64,000 bases of DNA from a bacterium (GTDB lineage: Bacteria; Patescibacteriota; CPR2; UBA1875; JAJYID01). Location of the stretch: assembly GCA_021787535.1 (NCBI GenBank), contig JAJYLR010000001.1, positions 211,648 through 275,647 on the forward strand, read 5' to 3'. The first letter of the stretch is position 1. Every line of letters starts with the position of its first letter. Below, in pieces: positions 7,526 through 16,341 of this stretch. Below the pieces are notes generated by a model. It was not told the DNA's origin. It ran no database searches and saw nothing but the letters and a program-made list of their open reading frames with translations. Both the position numbers and the translations under genes were made by a program.

Positions 7526-9842
7526 TCTCAAAACTTAATACTTTATCTTTTGTTGCGGCGTAGACGGTATTGCCTGCTATACAAGCGCCTCTTAGATCAG
7601 AGAAATCACCGGCTGTGTATCTGCCTTTGTAGGAGCCGTCTTTGCCGATCACGACAATAGATTTGTCCGACTTTGATCCGGCTAGAATATATTTGGTGTC
7701 ACTATCGGTGTAGATGAAGTCGGCCGATGATAAGCTGATTGGAATATCCTTGACTGAAAAATCTTGTTTCTTGCCGGAGGTAAACTTGAGAATATCTCCG
7801 GTATGCGTTAAAACATAGATATCAGAGTCAATCTTAAGCGAAGCCGGGTCAGCCATATCTCCTGAATTTGACAAATACTGCGACCCTTTGCTATAGCCGC
7901 TTGATGTCCTTGTGTGCTTGTAAATCTGGTCTTTAGCCAATAAATAAAGATTTGTGCCGTATGAGTCGATTGCCAGGGCTTTTTCCCAGCCGTCTGAAGT
8001 AGATTTTTGGGTGATCGAATCGTCCGTAGTATCGAACTCATACACAGCCGGTTTGTCCGTTAAAATTTCTAATGTCTTAATCTTATCCAGGGTTGCCGCT
8101 CCTATCACATTGCCTTCCATCTTGCCGCTTGACAGTACTTGTGAAGATCTTTTGGACTTTGTTTCCACTTTTGAAATGGCGCCGTTTTTGGACACGGCGT
8201 ATAAAACATTGCCGATTTCATATACTCCTGCGACATCGGCTTGACTGCCTGACAGGTCAGCCAAAACAGCCGCATTGGCCTGGGTAGTTTGAGTAAGGGT
8301 ATTAAGCTGGTTTTCAATTGCTGCAAGCTTATCTTTGGCATCTTTGGCGTAAAACTTGCTGTTTACCAAACCTTGGGCGATTTTTTCGGCATCGGTCAAG
8401 TCAGATGCGGCCTTGGCTTTTTCGTTTTGGCCGATCAGTGAATTTGCTTCAGCTATCTTTGCGTCGATTTCCTGAAGCTGAGCCTTCTGGGCTTTTCTAG
8501 CTTTAGCATCGCCCTGTCCTGCCTTTGTTATAAAAATATAACCGGCAAAAATCACAAGTATAATAATGCCGATGGCCAAATATTGGTTTTTCTTTAGTTT
8601 AACTTTCGGCAGTTTTTTCTTGGTTTTCTTAAAGTTAGCTAGCTGAGTGGCGGAACCGTAGAGTGAACCAAGGTTGTTTAAAATAGTGCTTTTAGTTTTT
8701 TCAAATCTTGCTTTGTTCGGTGACTCATCGCTTTCCTTAATGCGAATTTCTGATTTATAAGCCGGGACTTCGACCTTTTCTTTTGCTTTTAACAACGCTT
8801 CTTTTTCTGCTATGCCATGAGTGGCTTCAAATTCTTCAAGCTTAGGCACTTCCTCTGTTTCAAATCCATCAATTTTTTCATCGGTATCAGCTAAGATATT
8901 GGAAATATCTTTTTTCTTGCTTGCGCGCCTATCATAGATCTCACCTGATTTACCCTTTAGAAAGGAGAAAATTTCCTTTGTTTTTGGCAGTAAAGTATTG
9001 TTATAGAACTCGAGAATGGTTAGAGCGGCCAGCTTCAAATATTTCAAAATTTTTGCAAGCACCGTGCCTGATTTTTCAGCTAAAATCTCTTTCTTTGTTG
9101 TACCTTGCAGCCATATCTCTTCCGGCTCCTCATCCAAAGTTTCATTTGCCAAAGCTTCAGGCGTCATAAACTCTAGGATGATGGCGGCATTTTGCCCATA
9201 AGATCCGCCGACGCCTTCGATTAAGCTCGCTAAGTGGTTTATAGCTACTTTAGGATGATATTTTATAACATATCTTGAAACCTCATCTATTGAACATGAG
9301 GTTAATATTCCTGAAGAGAGAATGGAAATCCTGTCGCCTTCAGTCAGTTCTCCGCTTGTGATATTGACAAAGGTTCGAAGCGGATTGACACTGTCGCCGG
9401 CTAAGTCGTCGGTAATATGAATCTCCTTGCCGCTTCGATATAGATAAGCATTGGCTTTGCCGGCTTGGGTTATATGAATGGTATCATCGGCAAACACGGC
9501 CAAGATGGCATTCAGCTTGCCCATCCAGAAAGTATTGCCATTTCCCGTAAACTCGCCAAGTTCCTCATTAATCTTTGCCAGGGCATTTTCAAAGCTTTCA
9601 AGCGGGTCTTTATCCGGGTCTTGATAATATTCTCCGTGGAATGTATCGATAATGAGTTCAATTAAATCTTCGGAATGTTTGGGACTGCCGTTAACATCAA
9701 TCACAGCAAAAAGAATGCCATGCCTTCGTTCATCCGGGTCATCTGGATGATGTTCATAGGCAGTGCAAACATTGCTCGTTGATTTAAGTTTTTGCGACTC
9801 GCTAGCAAGCCGGGCCGTCCGAAGGGCTAGTTTTTTATTCAT
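7518..9842 (-). CDS. Membrane-anchored PP2C-family Ser/Thr phosphatase with a large C-terminal repeat (beta-propeller-like) domain
   Basis: The N-terminal approximately 250 aa shows PP2C/SpoIIE-like spacing (FAVIDVNGSP...DDTIHITQAGKANAYLYR...DRISILSSG). A single TM helix AIGIIILVIFAGYIFI follows. Then a coiled-coil KA-rich linker and repeated hydrophobic/Gly blades. Confidence 0.55.
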   Translation of the reverse strand: MNKKLALRTARLASESQKLKSTSNVCTAYEHHPDDPDERRHGILFAVIDVNGSPKHSEDLIELIIDTFHGEYYQDPDKDPLESFENALAKINEELGEFTGNGNTFWMGKLNAILAVFADDTIHITQAGKANAYLYRSGKEIHITDDLAGDSVNPLRTFVNITSGELTEGDRISILSSGILTSCSIDEVSRYVIKYHPKVAINHLASLIEGVGGSYGQNAAIILEFMTPEALANETLDEEPEEIWLQGTTKKEILAEKSGTVLAKILKYLKLAALTILEFYNNTLLPKTKEIFSFLKGKSGEIYDRRASKKKDISNILADTDEKIDGFETEEVPKLEEFEATHGIAEKEALLKAKEKVEVPAYKSEIRIKESDESPNKARFEKTKSTILNNLGSLYGSATQLANFKKTKKKLPKVKLKKNQYLAIGIIILVIFAGYIFITKAGQGDAKARKAQKAQLQEIDAKIAEANSLIGQNEKAKAASDLTDAEKIAQGLVNSKFYAKDAKDKLAAIENQLNTLTQTTQANAAVLADLSGSQADVAGVYEIGNVLYAVSKNGAISKVETKSKRSSQVLSSGKMEGNVIGAATLDKIKTLEILTDKPAVYEFDTTDDSITQKSTSDGWEKALAIDSYGTNLYLLAKDQIYKHTRTSSGYSKGSQYLSNSGDMADPASLKIDSDIYVLTHTGDILKFTSGKKQDFSVKDIPISLSSADFIYTDSDTKYILAGSKSDKSIVVIGKDGSYKGRYTAGDFSDLRGACIAGNTVYAATKDKVLSFEIK

Positions 9843-10008
9843 TCCAAAAGCTTTTTATATGGCAAAGTGTAGCATGGTTTTGGGAGTTGTGCAATAAAGA
9901 CATGGCAGGTATTTGTCTACTGGAATAGGTGGTTTTCCGTGATAAAATGATAGAGAAGTTAAAAAGTCGGGAAGTTTTTAAGTTGCTAAGGAAAGAGATT
10001 TTTAATTT

Positions 10009-13000
10009 ATGGAAGATTTGCTGAAGGGTTTGAATAAAGAGCAGAAGGAAGCCGTTACTCACGACAAGGGACCTCTCTTAATCGTGGCCGGAGCCGGGAC
10101 AGGGAAAACGACTGTTATCACTCGGCGGATCGCCTGGTTAATCGCGCAAAAGCTGGCGTTACCTTCTGAGATTCTAGCCCTCACTTTTACCGATAAAGCA
10201 GCCGGTGAGATGGAGGAGCGGGTCGACGAACTTGTGCCTTACGGATTCGTCGACACCTGGATATCCACTTTTCACGCTTTCGGCGATCGTATTTTGCGCG
10301 ATCATGCTCTTGATCTCGGACTGACGACCGATTTTCGGGTTTTGTCCAAGCCGGAGCAAGTGATTTTCATGCAAGACAATTTGGAAGCCTTTGATCTAAA
10401 ATATTTCTCGCCGCTTGGCAATCCGACCAAGCACATCGATGCGCTTCTCGGCCACTTCTCAAAGCTGAAAGATGAAATAATTTCACCGGCCGAGTATTTA
10501 GGGTTTGCCGATAAGAAATTAAAGTCGGCTCAGGATTCTGACGAAAAACTCGAAGCGGAGAAGACGTTAGAAATTGCCAGAGCTTACGAAAGGTATCAGG
10601 AGCTGATGGCGGAAGCCGGCAATCTCGACTTCGGCGACCAGATAAATATACTCATTCATTTATTGAAAACCCAGCCGGCGATCTTGAAAAAATACCAGAA
10701 GCAGTGCAAATACATCTTGGTCGATGAATTTCAGGACACAAACTACGCCCAGAACGAACTACTGAAGTTATTAGCCGGGGGAAAGGATTCTGGTCAAGCC
10801 AAAATGACCCACGCACCGCTTCAGGGTGCGGGGCAGGCACAGGGTGGCCACGGAAATATCACAGTGGTTGGTGATGATGACCAGTCGATTTACCGTTTCC
10901 GCGGCGCCGCCATTTCAAACATTTTGCAGTTCCCGAAAGATTACCCGAGATGCAAGCAAATAGTTCTAACGGAAAACTACCGTTCGACACAGGCGATTTT
11001 GGACAGCGCCTATAAATTAATAAAACACAACAATCCTGATCGTCTGGAAGTGAAGAATAATATTGTGAAGAAGCTGACTTCCAGGTTTGACGCCGACTCG
11101 GTTGAACCGATCCATTTGCATTCAGACACCCTGACTGCTGAGACGGACCGGGTGGCGAAAATGATCAAAGAATATTTCGACGAAGGCAGATATTCGTTCA
11201 AGGACTTCGCTATTCTCTCGCGGTCGCGCCGAAACGCGGAAGATTTCATTCACGCTCTAAACCATTACGGCATTCCTTATAAATTCTCAGGTTCTTCCGG
11301 CTTATATTCTAGAGCCGAAATCCGCTTGTTAATAAATTTCGCCAAGGTTTTAATTTCATCCGGTGACAATCTGGCCTTCTATCATTTAATTACATCAGAT
11401 GTTTATGGAATGAATGTGTCGGAGGCGGTGAAACTAAATGAAATCTCACAGAAAAACAAACGAAGTCTGAATGATGTGGCGAACGCAATTAACTTTTCAA
11501 AATCAAAATCTGACTGGATTCCCGCCTCCGCGGGAATGACAGACGAGGCAAGGGCAATTTTAGATAGGGCATTGAAGGATTTGAAAAATTTCCGCGAAGA
11601 ATCAAAGAAGCTGACCGCCGGACAGGTGATTTACATGTTTTTGAAAGAAACGGGGTATTTGTCAAAACTAGTGACGGAGTCCGAGAAGAGCGCGGAGGCG
11701 CAAGTGGCCATCCAGAATATCGCCAAGTTTTTTGAAAGAATCGGTGATTTTGAAAAAGTCTCGGAGGATAAAAGTATTGTGAACTTCGTCCGTCACTTGA
11801 AAGCTCTGATGGATGCCGGTGATGATCCGGCAATGGCCGAGGTCGATCCGGATCTTGAGGCGGTCAGTGTGCTTACGGTTCACTCGGCTAAAGGATTAGA
11901 GTTTCCGGTAGTGTTTGTGGTCTCGCTTGTCTCGGACAGCTTCCCGACTCGCAAACGCGCCGAACAGTTGCCGATTCCGGAGGAATTAATTAAAGAGTCT
12001 TTACCGGAGGGCGACTGGCACCTGCAAGAAGAGCGGCGGCTCTTCTACGTCGGCATGACCAGAGCCAAAGAAATTCTGTACCTAACGAGCGCCGAGGATT
12101 ATGGCGGAAAGAGGGCGCGCAAGGTTTCCCAGTTCGTTCTGGAGGCGATTGATAAGCCGGCTTCGGCGAAAGAAAAGGTGAAGCTTGATAAAGTTGAGGT
12201 GATCAAGAGGTTCAAAAAGCGCGATGAGATTGTAATTCCCAAGAAATTCTACGATGGCAAGGGACTCTTAACCCTAAATCCGCATCAGATAGATGACTAT
12301 CTGTCATGTCCGAAGAAGTTTGAATATATCCATATTCTGCGTGTGCCGATCATGACCCACCACTCGGTGGTCTATGGTTCGGCAATACATAAGGCGATTG
12401 AAGCGTATTTTGTAGCGAAAAAAGCCGGCAAAAAGGTCAGTTTGGATGATTTAATAGAAGTCTTTAGCGCAAATTGGCGAAGCGAGGGATTTATTACCCG
12501 CGAACACGAGGACAAAAGGTTTAATCAGGGGAAGAAATCGCTTGGTGAATTTTTCGCCAGAGAAGAAGGCAAGAAGCCGCCGGAGGAAGTGGAAGCGAAG
12601 TTTGAAATACCGCTAAAGGATCTCAATGTGAAAATTCGCGGCCGATTTGATGCAGTATATGTCAAATGTAAAACGGAAAATGTTAAATGTGAACAAACCG
12701 AAATCCGCGACTTTAAAACTTCAGAGGTTGAGAATCAAGAGCAAGCAGACAAAAAAGCCAAGACGAATAGGCAATTATCAGTTTACGCGCTGGCCAAGCA
12801 AACCGAAACAGGTATCATCCCGGAAGTGTCGCTTTATTTCGTCGATTCGGGGTTGGTTGGGAAGGTTCAAAAGAAAGAAAAAGATCTAGACAAGGTTCGC
12901 GGGGAAATTGAGAAAGTAGTCGAAGGGATTAAAAAGGAAAACTTCAAAGCTTCTCCCGGATTTGGTGAGTGTTCGCGCTGCGCCTACCGAGAGATTTGTC

Positions 13001-13020
13001 CGTTTACACTATCGAAATGA
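10009..13020 (+). CDS. UvrD/PcrA-family ATP-dependent DNA helicase fused to a C-terminal PD-(D/E)XK nuclease with a Cys cluster (AddA/AddB-Cas4-like)
   Basis: Walker A GAGTGKTTV, DEFQDTNYAQ, VVGDDDQSIYRFRGA. C-terminal RFDAVY...EIRDFKTS...QLSVYALA nuclease motifs plus CPKKF...CSRCAYREICP Fe-S-type cysteines. Confidence 0.85.
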   Translation: MEDLLKGLNKEQKEAVTHDKGPLLIVAGAGTGKTTVITRRIAWLIAQKLALPSEILALTFTDKAAGEMEERVDELVPYGFVDTWISTFHAFGDRILRDHALDLGLTTDFRVLSKPEQVIFMQDNLEAFDLKYFSPLGNPTKHIDALLGHFSKLKDEIISPAEYLGFADKKLKSAQDSDEKLEAEKTLEIARAYERYQELMAEAGNLDFGDQINILIHLLKTQPAILKKYQKQCKYILVDEFQDTNYAQNELLKLLAGGKDSGQAKMTHAPLQGAGQAQGGHGNITVVGDDDQSIYRFRGAAISNILQFPKDYPRCKQIVLTENYRSTQAILDSAYKLIKHNNPDRLEVKNNIVKKLTSRFDADSVEPIHLHSDTLTAETDRVAKMIKEYFDEGRYSFKDFAILSRSRRNAEDFIHALNHYGIPYKFSGSSGLYSRAEIRLLINFAKVLISSGDNLAFYHLITSDVYGMNVSEAVKLNEISQKNKRSLNDVANAINFSKSKSDWIPASAGMTDEARAILDRALKDLKNFREESKKLTAGQVIYMFLKETGYLSKLVTESEKSAEAQVAIQNIAKFFERIGDFEKVSEDKSIVNFVRHLKALMDAGDDPAMAEVDPDLEAVSVLTVHSAKGLEFPVVFVVSLVSDSFPTRKRAEQLPIPEELIKESLPEGDWHLQEERRLFYVGMTRAKEILYLTSAEDYGGKRARKVSQFVLEAIDKPASAKEKVKLDKVEVIKRFKKRDEIVIPKKFYDGKGLLTLNPHQIDDYLSCPKKFEYIHILRVPIMTHHSVVYGSAIHKAIEAYFVAKKAGKKVSLDDLIEVFSANWRSEGFITREHEDKRFNQGKKSLGEFFAREEGKKPPEEVEAKFEIPLKDLNVKIRGRFDAVYVKCKTENVKCEQTEIRDFKTSEVENQEQADKKAKTNRQLSVYALAKQTETGIIPEVSLYFVDSGLVGKVQKKEKDLDKVRGEIEKVVEGIKKENFKASPGFGECSRCAYREICPFTLSK
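10785..10833. repeat. Composite repeat in frame in the helicase gene (ggattctggtcaagccaaaatgac + ccacgcaccg..gtgcgggg hairpin)
   Basis: First half matches the 23271/30893/61144 family. Second half matches 32411-32437. Encodes DSGQAKMTHAPLQGAGQ just before the VVGDDDQ motif. Confidence 0.55.
11517..11546. repeat. Hairpin repeat in frame in the helicase gene (GGATTCC-cgcctccgcgg-GAATGACAGA)
   Basis: Near-identical to copies at 4124 and 61178. Encodes IPASAGMTD. Confidence 0.6.
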
Positions 13021-13043
13021 TTTTAGTATTTATGAAATAAGTA

Positions 13044-13792
13044 TGTCTAATCAAAGAATAATCCAAAACTGCAGAATTTTACTTTCTGCTTATGAAGATG
13101 GTAAGTTGGGGCAAACGGTAATGCCTGAAGATTCCAATCCTGGTTTTTCTAAAGCTCAAACCGAACAAAAATTAAGTTATTTTAGTTTGCCAATGAGTTT
13201 GAACTACCAAAGAAACAGTTATGAACTTTGGAAGTCGGCACTTAAAACTTATCAAGACAATTCAACAAAGGACGTCTTTGATGTAAAGACTGCTTCAAAA
13301 ATACCAAAGAACGATCTCAGAAAGAAGCTCACAAAGCATAAACTTGCTTTGCAGCCTAACAAGCACATAAACACTTGGCAGAAAATCTCAAAAACGGTTT
13401 ATGAGAATTGGGGTTCATTTGGTAGCCTACTGAATGATTGTGACAATGACTTTCTGAAACTCAGACAGGTTATTCAAAAAGATTATAAAAAAGGATTTCC
13501 TTATCTTTCAGGACCAAAGATTTTTAATTACTGGTCTTTTATACTTATGAGGTATTGTGATGTACCGCTTAGAAATGCGGAGTTTATAGAGATAGCTCCC
13601 GATACTCATATTACGAAGTGCTCGGTTATCCTAGATGTAATTACCGAGGAAGAGGCTGAGAGGCTGAACAAAGAAGAAATTTCTACAAGATGGAGAGAAA
13701 TGCTTACAGGTACAGGAATTAATCCAATAGATATGCATCCACCGCTTTGGTTTTGGAGTAGGAATGGGTTTATTCTTGAGTTAGATAATTGA
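13044..13792 (+). CDS. Hypothetical protein
   Basis: About 249 aa from the first ATG. The ORF-track TTG start at 12962 lies inside the helicase Cys cluster and is unlikely. No confident family assignment. Confidence 0.5.
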
Positions 13793-13871
13793 GACATAGA
13801 ATCTTTGTGACACCTTGATTTGTGGTATAATTTAAGTAGTACATTCCATTTCTAGTCCTTGGGAGGACGCT

Positions 13872-14915
13872 ATGTATTACTCAAGTCTGGCGCCCTCTGA
13901 TATTTTGAGGGCTATTTTTTCATCTGTCAGGAACCGGGCATTTTCAAGGAAGCAAACTGCCGGCCAGAAGATTATGCTGGCAGTAGCGACCTTGGCTGTG
14001 TTTTGCCTCGTTCTGGCATTATCCGGACCGGCGGAAGCTGCTATCTTAGCGCTTGCGGTGTTTCTGGTGATGCGCTGGATTCATCTCGGAGTCTTTGACC
14101 TTGCCGGCGGAGTCGTATTTGCATTCGCGATTTTATATAGCTTAGTGCTGGCACTGGCCGGCAAAAGCTATGATCTGGCGTACAAGACAGTGCTTGGCAG
14201 GGTCCGGTGTGTAGACTTTCCCCCAAGGTTTCCCTATAACGCTCAGACATTTACGAATAGTCTGACCGGCAGTGAGATCAACTCGCGGGATGGTTTATGC
14301 GGCCCGAAGATGCCGACAAAACAGATCTTGAGCCCGAACTTGCTGACGGTGGCAAGGGCTATGGGAGCTGTTTTGCTTGTGGTATTCCATGGCATTAGCG
14401 CCGTAATCTTCCTTCCGGTCGCACTTGTTCTGGCATTGACCGACCTTTTTGATGGGGTTATAGCCAGGACTCAGGGGCGGATAACGGACTTTGGCAAACA
14501 TGCTGATCCGATCGCGGACAGGATGCTGCTTTTTGCCATCGCTACCTGGCTTTACTCTAGGAATCCGGAGTTCTGGGGTTTGGCTGCGGCAAGAATTATA
14601 ATGCCGGAAATGCCGGTTCTTCTGATTTTCGGAATTGCCTATATGGTGACAAGGAAATCGGTAGTGCCGAGAGCAGTTTTCTGGGGGAGGTTGAAGTTCG
14701 TGCTGTATCTGGTATCAGCCGGCAGCCTTTTTCTTGGAAACGTAAATCTGGCCTGGGTTTGCCTGAATGCGGGATGCATCTTTGCCTGGGTAGCGACAGC
14801 CAGCTACATCACCCGGTTTTACCAAGAGAGCCGAGGCAAGAGCATCTTTAACGGGATTCTTGAATGGCTGGTCCAATACTCCCCGCGAATTCAAGAAGAA
14901 CTGTACCTATCATAG
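13872..14915 (+). CDS. CDP-alcohol phosphatidyltransferase family membrane protein with an N-terminal hydrophobic extension
   Basis: Signature DLFDGVIARTQGRITDFGKHADPIADR (D-G-x2-A-R-x8-G-x3-D-x3-D). Multiple TM helices. GGGAGGA RBS. Confidence 0.75.
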   Translation: MYYSSLAPSDILRAIFSSVRNRAFSRKQTAGQKIMLAVATLAVFCLVLALSGPAEAAILALAVFLVMRWIHLGVFDLAGGVVFAFAILYSLVLALAGKSYDLAYKTVLGRVRCVDFPPRFPYNAQTFTNSLTGSEINSRDGLCGPKMPTKQILSPNLLTVARAMGAVLLVVFHGISAVIFLPVALVLALTDLFDGVIARTQGRITDFGKHADPIADRMLLFAIATWLYSRNPEFWGLAAARIIMPEMPVLLIFGIAYMVTRKSVVPRAVFWGRLKFVLYLVSAGSLFLGNVNLAWVCLNAGCIFAWVATASYITRFYQESRGKSIFNGILEWLVQYSPRIQEELYLS

Positions 14916-15026
14916 GGCGCTCTAACGAGCGCTCTATTCTTTTGTAAATATAAAATATGATAAATCAGAGGTTTTTTTATGGTATAATTCAGTGAACTAT
15001 CAACTCTTTTCTAGGAGGGATGAGTT

Positions 15027-15416
15027 ATGGCGATCCTTTTACGGGAGTTCCTCCCAGAAATGAATGATCTGGTGAGCGTTGATCATGTGAGAAAACCGCA
15101 CTTTGCGGTCTGCCGCATAAACCATTTTGTACAGGGAAGTTCCAGGTTTTATGTTGGCAGAGACGGAGGAGAAAATCTGGAAGTCGAGATTGACTTTCAG
15201 GCGTGGGCCGACTATTTCATGGCCTCGGCGATCTTAGGGTCCAAGCCCATATCTTTCGCTTTTCCTAAGCCCGAACCGGTTTTCGAGATTGAGCTTTTCA
15301 CAGAGGAAAACAGGTTTAATGAAGCAGAAACCATGGCAATTCAATCCTTTCTACACAAAAAGCTCGAGAGTTTTGGCCGTCCGGTTTATCTGATACCTTT
15401 GACTAAATCTTCTTAA
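15027..15416 (+). CDS. Hypothetical protein
   Basis: 129 aa ORF with AGGAGGG RBS, followed by a terminator. Confidence 0.5.
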   Translation: MAILLREFLPEMNDLVSVDHVRKPHFAVCRINHFVQGSSRFYVGRDGGENLEVEIDFQAWADYFMASAILGSKPISFAFPKPEPVFEIELFTEENRFNEAETMAIQSFLHKKLESFGRPVYLIPLTKSS

Positions 15417-15425
15417 CCGGTCTCT

Positions 15426-15458
15426 ATAGGGGCAGTGAAAGCGCTGCCCCTATTTTTA
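15426..15458 (+). terminator. Rho-independent terminator
   Basis: taggggcag-tgaaagcg-ctgccccta followed by TTTTTAT. Confidence 0.7.
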
Positions 15459-15542
15459 TGGAACAAAAACTTTGACCGCAAGCTTGTTATATATTAAAAT
15501 GTTTTAGCACTGTCGGCCGCTACTATAACAGGAGGTGGATGA

Positions 15543-15875
15543 GTGAGTACACAAGTTTATCCTTTGAAAATTACCGGATTTATAAGAATTGCAGGCAAAT
15601 CTTTCACTTATTCAGCGAGAGCTGAGGGGTATGTCTGTGAAGGTATTCCATCACCTGCAGTGTTTGTTGTGGTAGAAGTAAATGACACGGCCTTTCTGAA
15701 AGTCTCAAATCATCGGAAAATCTTAGACAATCTGGTGGAGAAAGTCGAGTTTAAGGCAAAACAACTGTTTTACCAAGCAGTGAAGAAAGGTCATGACACT
15801 GATTTTATACCTATCATTCCTTATAGGACGCCGGTTATTCAGAATAGTTCTTTTGTTAGGAGGATTGATGAATGA
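15543..15875 (+). CDS. Hypothetical protein
   Basis: 110 aa. GTG start 7 nt after an AGGAGGTG RBS. Confidence 0.45.
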   Translation: MSTQVYPLKITGFIRIAGKSFTYSARAEGYVCEGIPSPAVFVVVEVNDTAFLKVSNHRKILDNLVEKVEFKAKQLFYQAVKKGHDTDFIPIIPYRTPVIQNSSFVRRIDE

Positions 15876-16248
15876 GAGAACATTGAGGCCAGTGATTGAA
15901 CGTCTCGCTGTTGGCGGAAAAAAAGACTTGGCTCCTTATAAGGAAGGGTCTGTTAGATCTTTCAGTGTGAAGGTCAGGGGTTCTGCTCGTTTAATAGGAA
16001 ATGATGGTGGGGTACCGGAAATCATTTCTTTTGCCGGATCATATCGCGGCAGCCAAAGCGACAGACAAGGCAGAACCGTGATTGACTCTCAGTTGAAACC
16101 TCCTATCCAAGGTATTTACTTGGGATTTCAAGGTTCCAGCTGCCTGACGAGCGACGATCTGGACACTGTTTGTAACGATTTGATGGCAGAAATTCAGGAA
16201 GTCGCTGAAGAAGAGTTAATGATGAGCCAGCAAGTTTCTGATGTTTGA
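15868..16248 (+). CDS. Hypothetical protein
   Basis: ATG at 15868 overlaps the upstream stop by 8 nt. Translation MNERTLRPVIERLAVGG... Confidence 0.45.
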   Translation: MNERTLRPVIERLAVGGKKDLAPYKEGSVRSFSVKVRGSARLIGNDGGVPEIISFAGSYRGSQSDRQGRTVIDSQLKPPIQGIYLGFQGSSCLTSDDLDTVCNDLMAEIQEVAEEELMMSQQVSDV

Positions 16249-16284
16249 CCTAACTTGTTAATCTAATGCCATTGATAGTGATAA

Positions 16285-16318
16285 GGCGGCGCGTAAGCGC
16301 CGCCATCTTCTTTTTATT
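16285..16318 (+). terminator. Rho-independent terminator
   Basis: ggcggcgc-gtaa-gcgccgcc followed by a T-rich run. Confidence 0.75.
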
Positions 16319-16341
16319 GCCTAAAGACGCAACCAGCTTGT

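Noticed and set aside
12962-13043. ORF-track TTG start extending the 13044 gene back into the helicase gene
   Set aside because: Would overlap 59 nt of the conserved helicase C-terminal Cys cluster. The first ATG at 13044 is more plausible.
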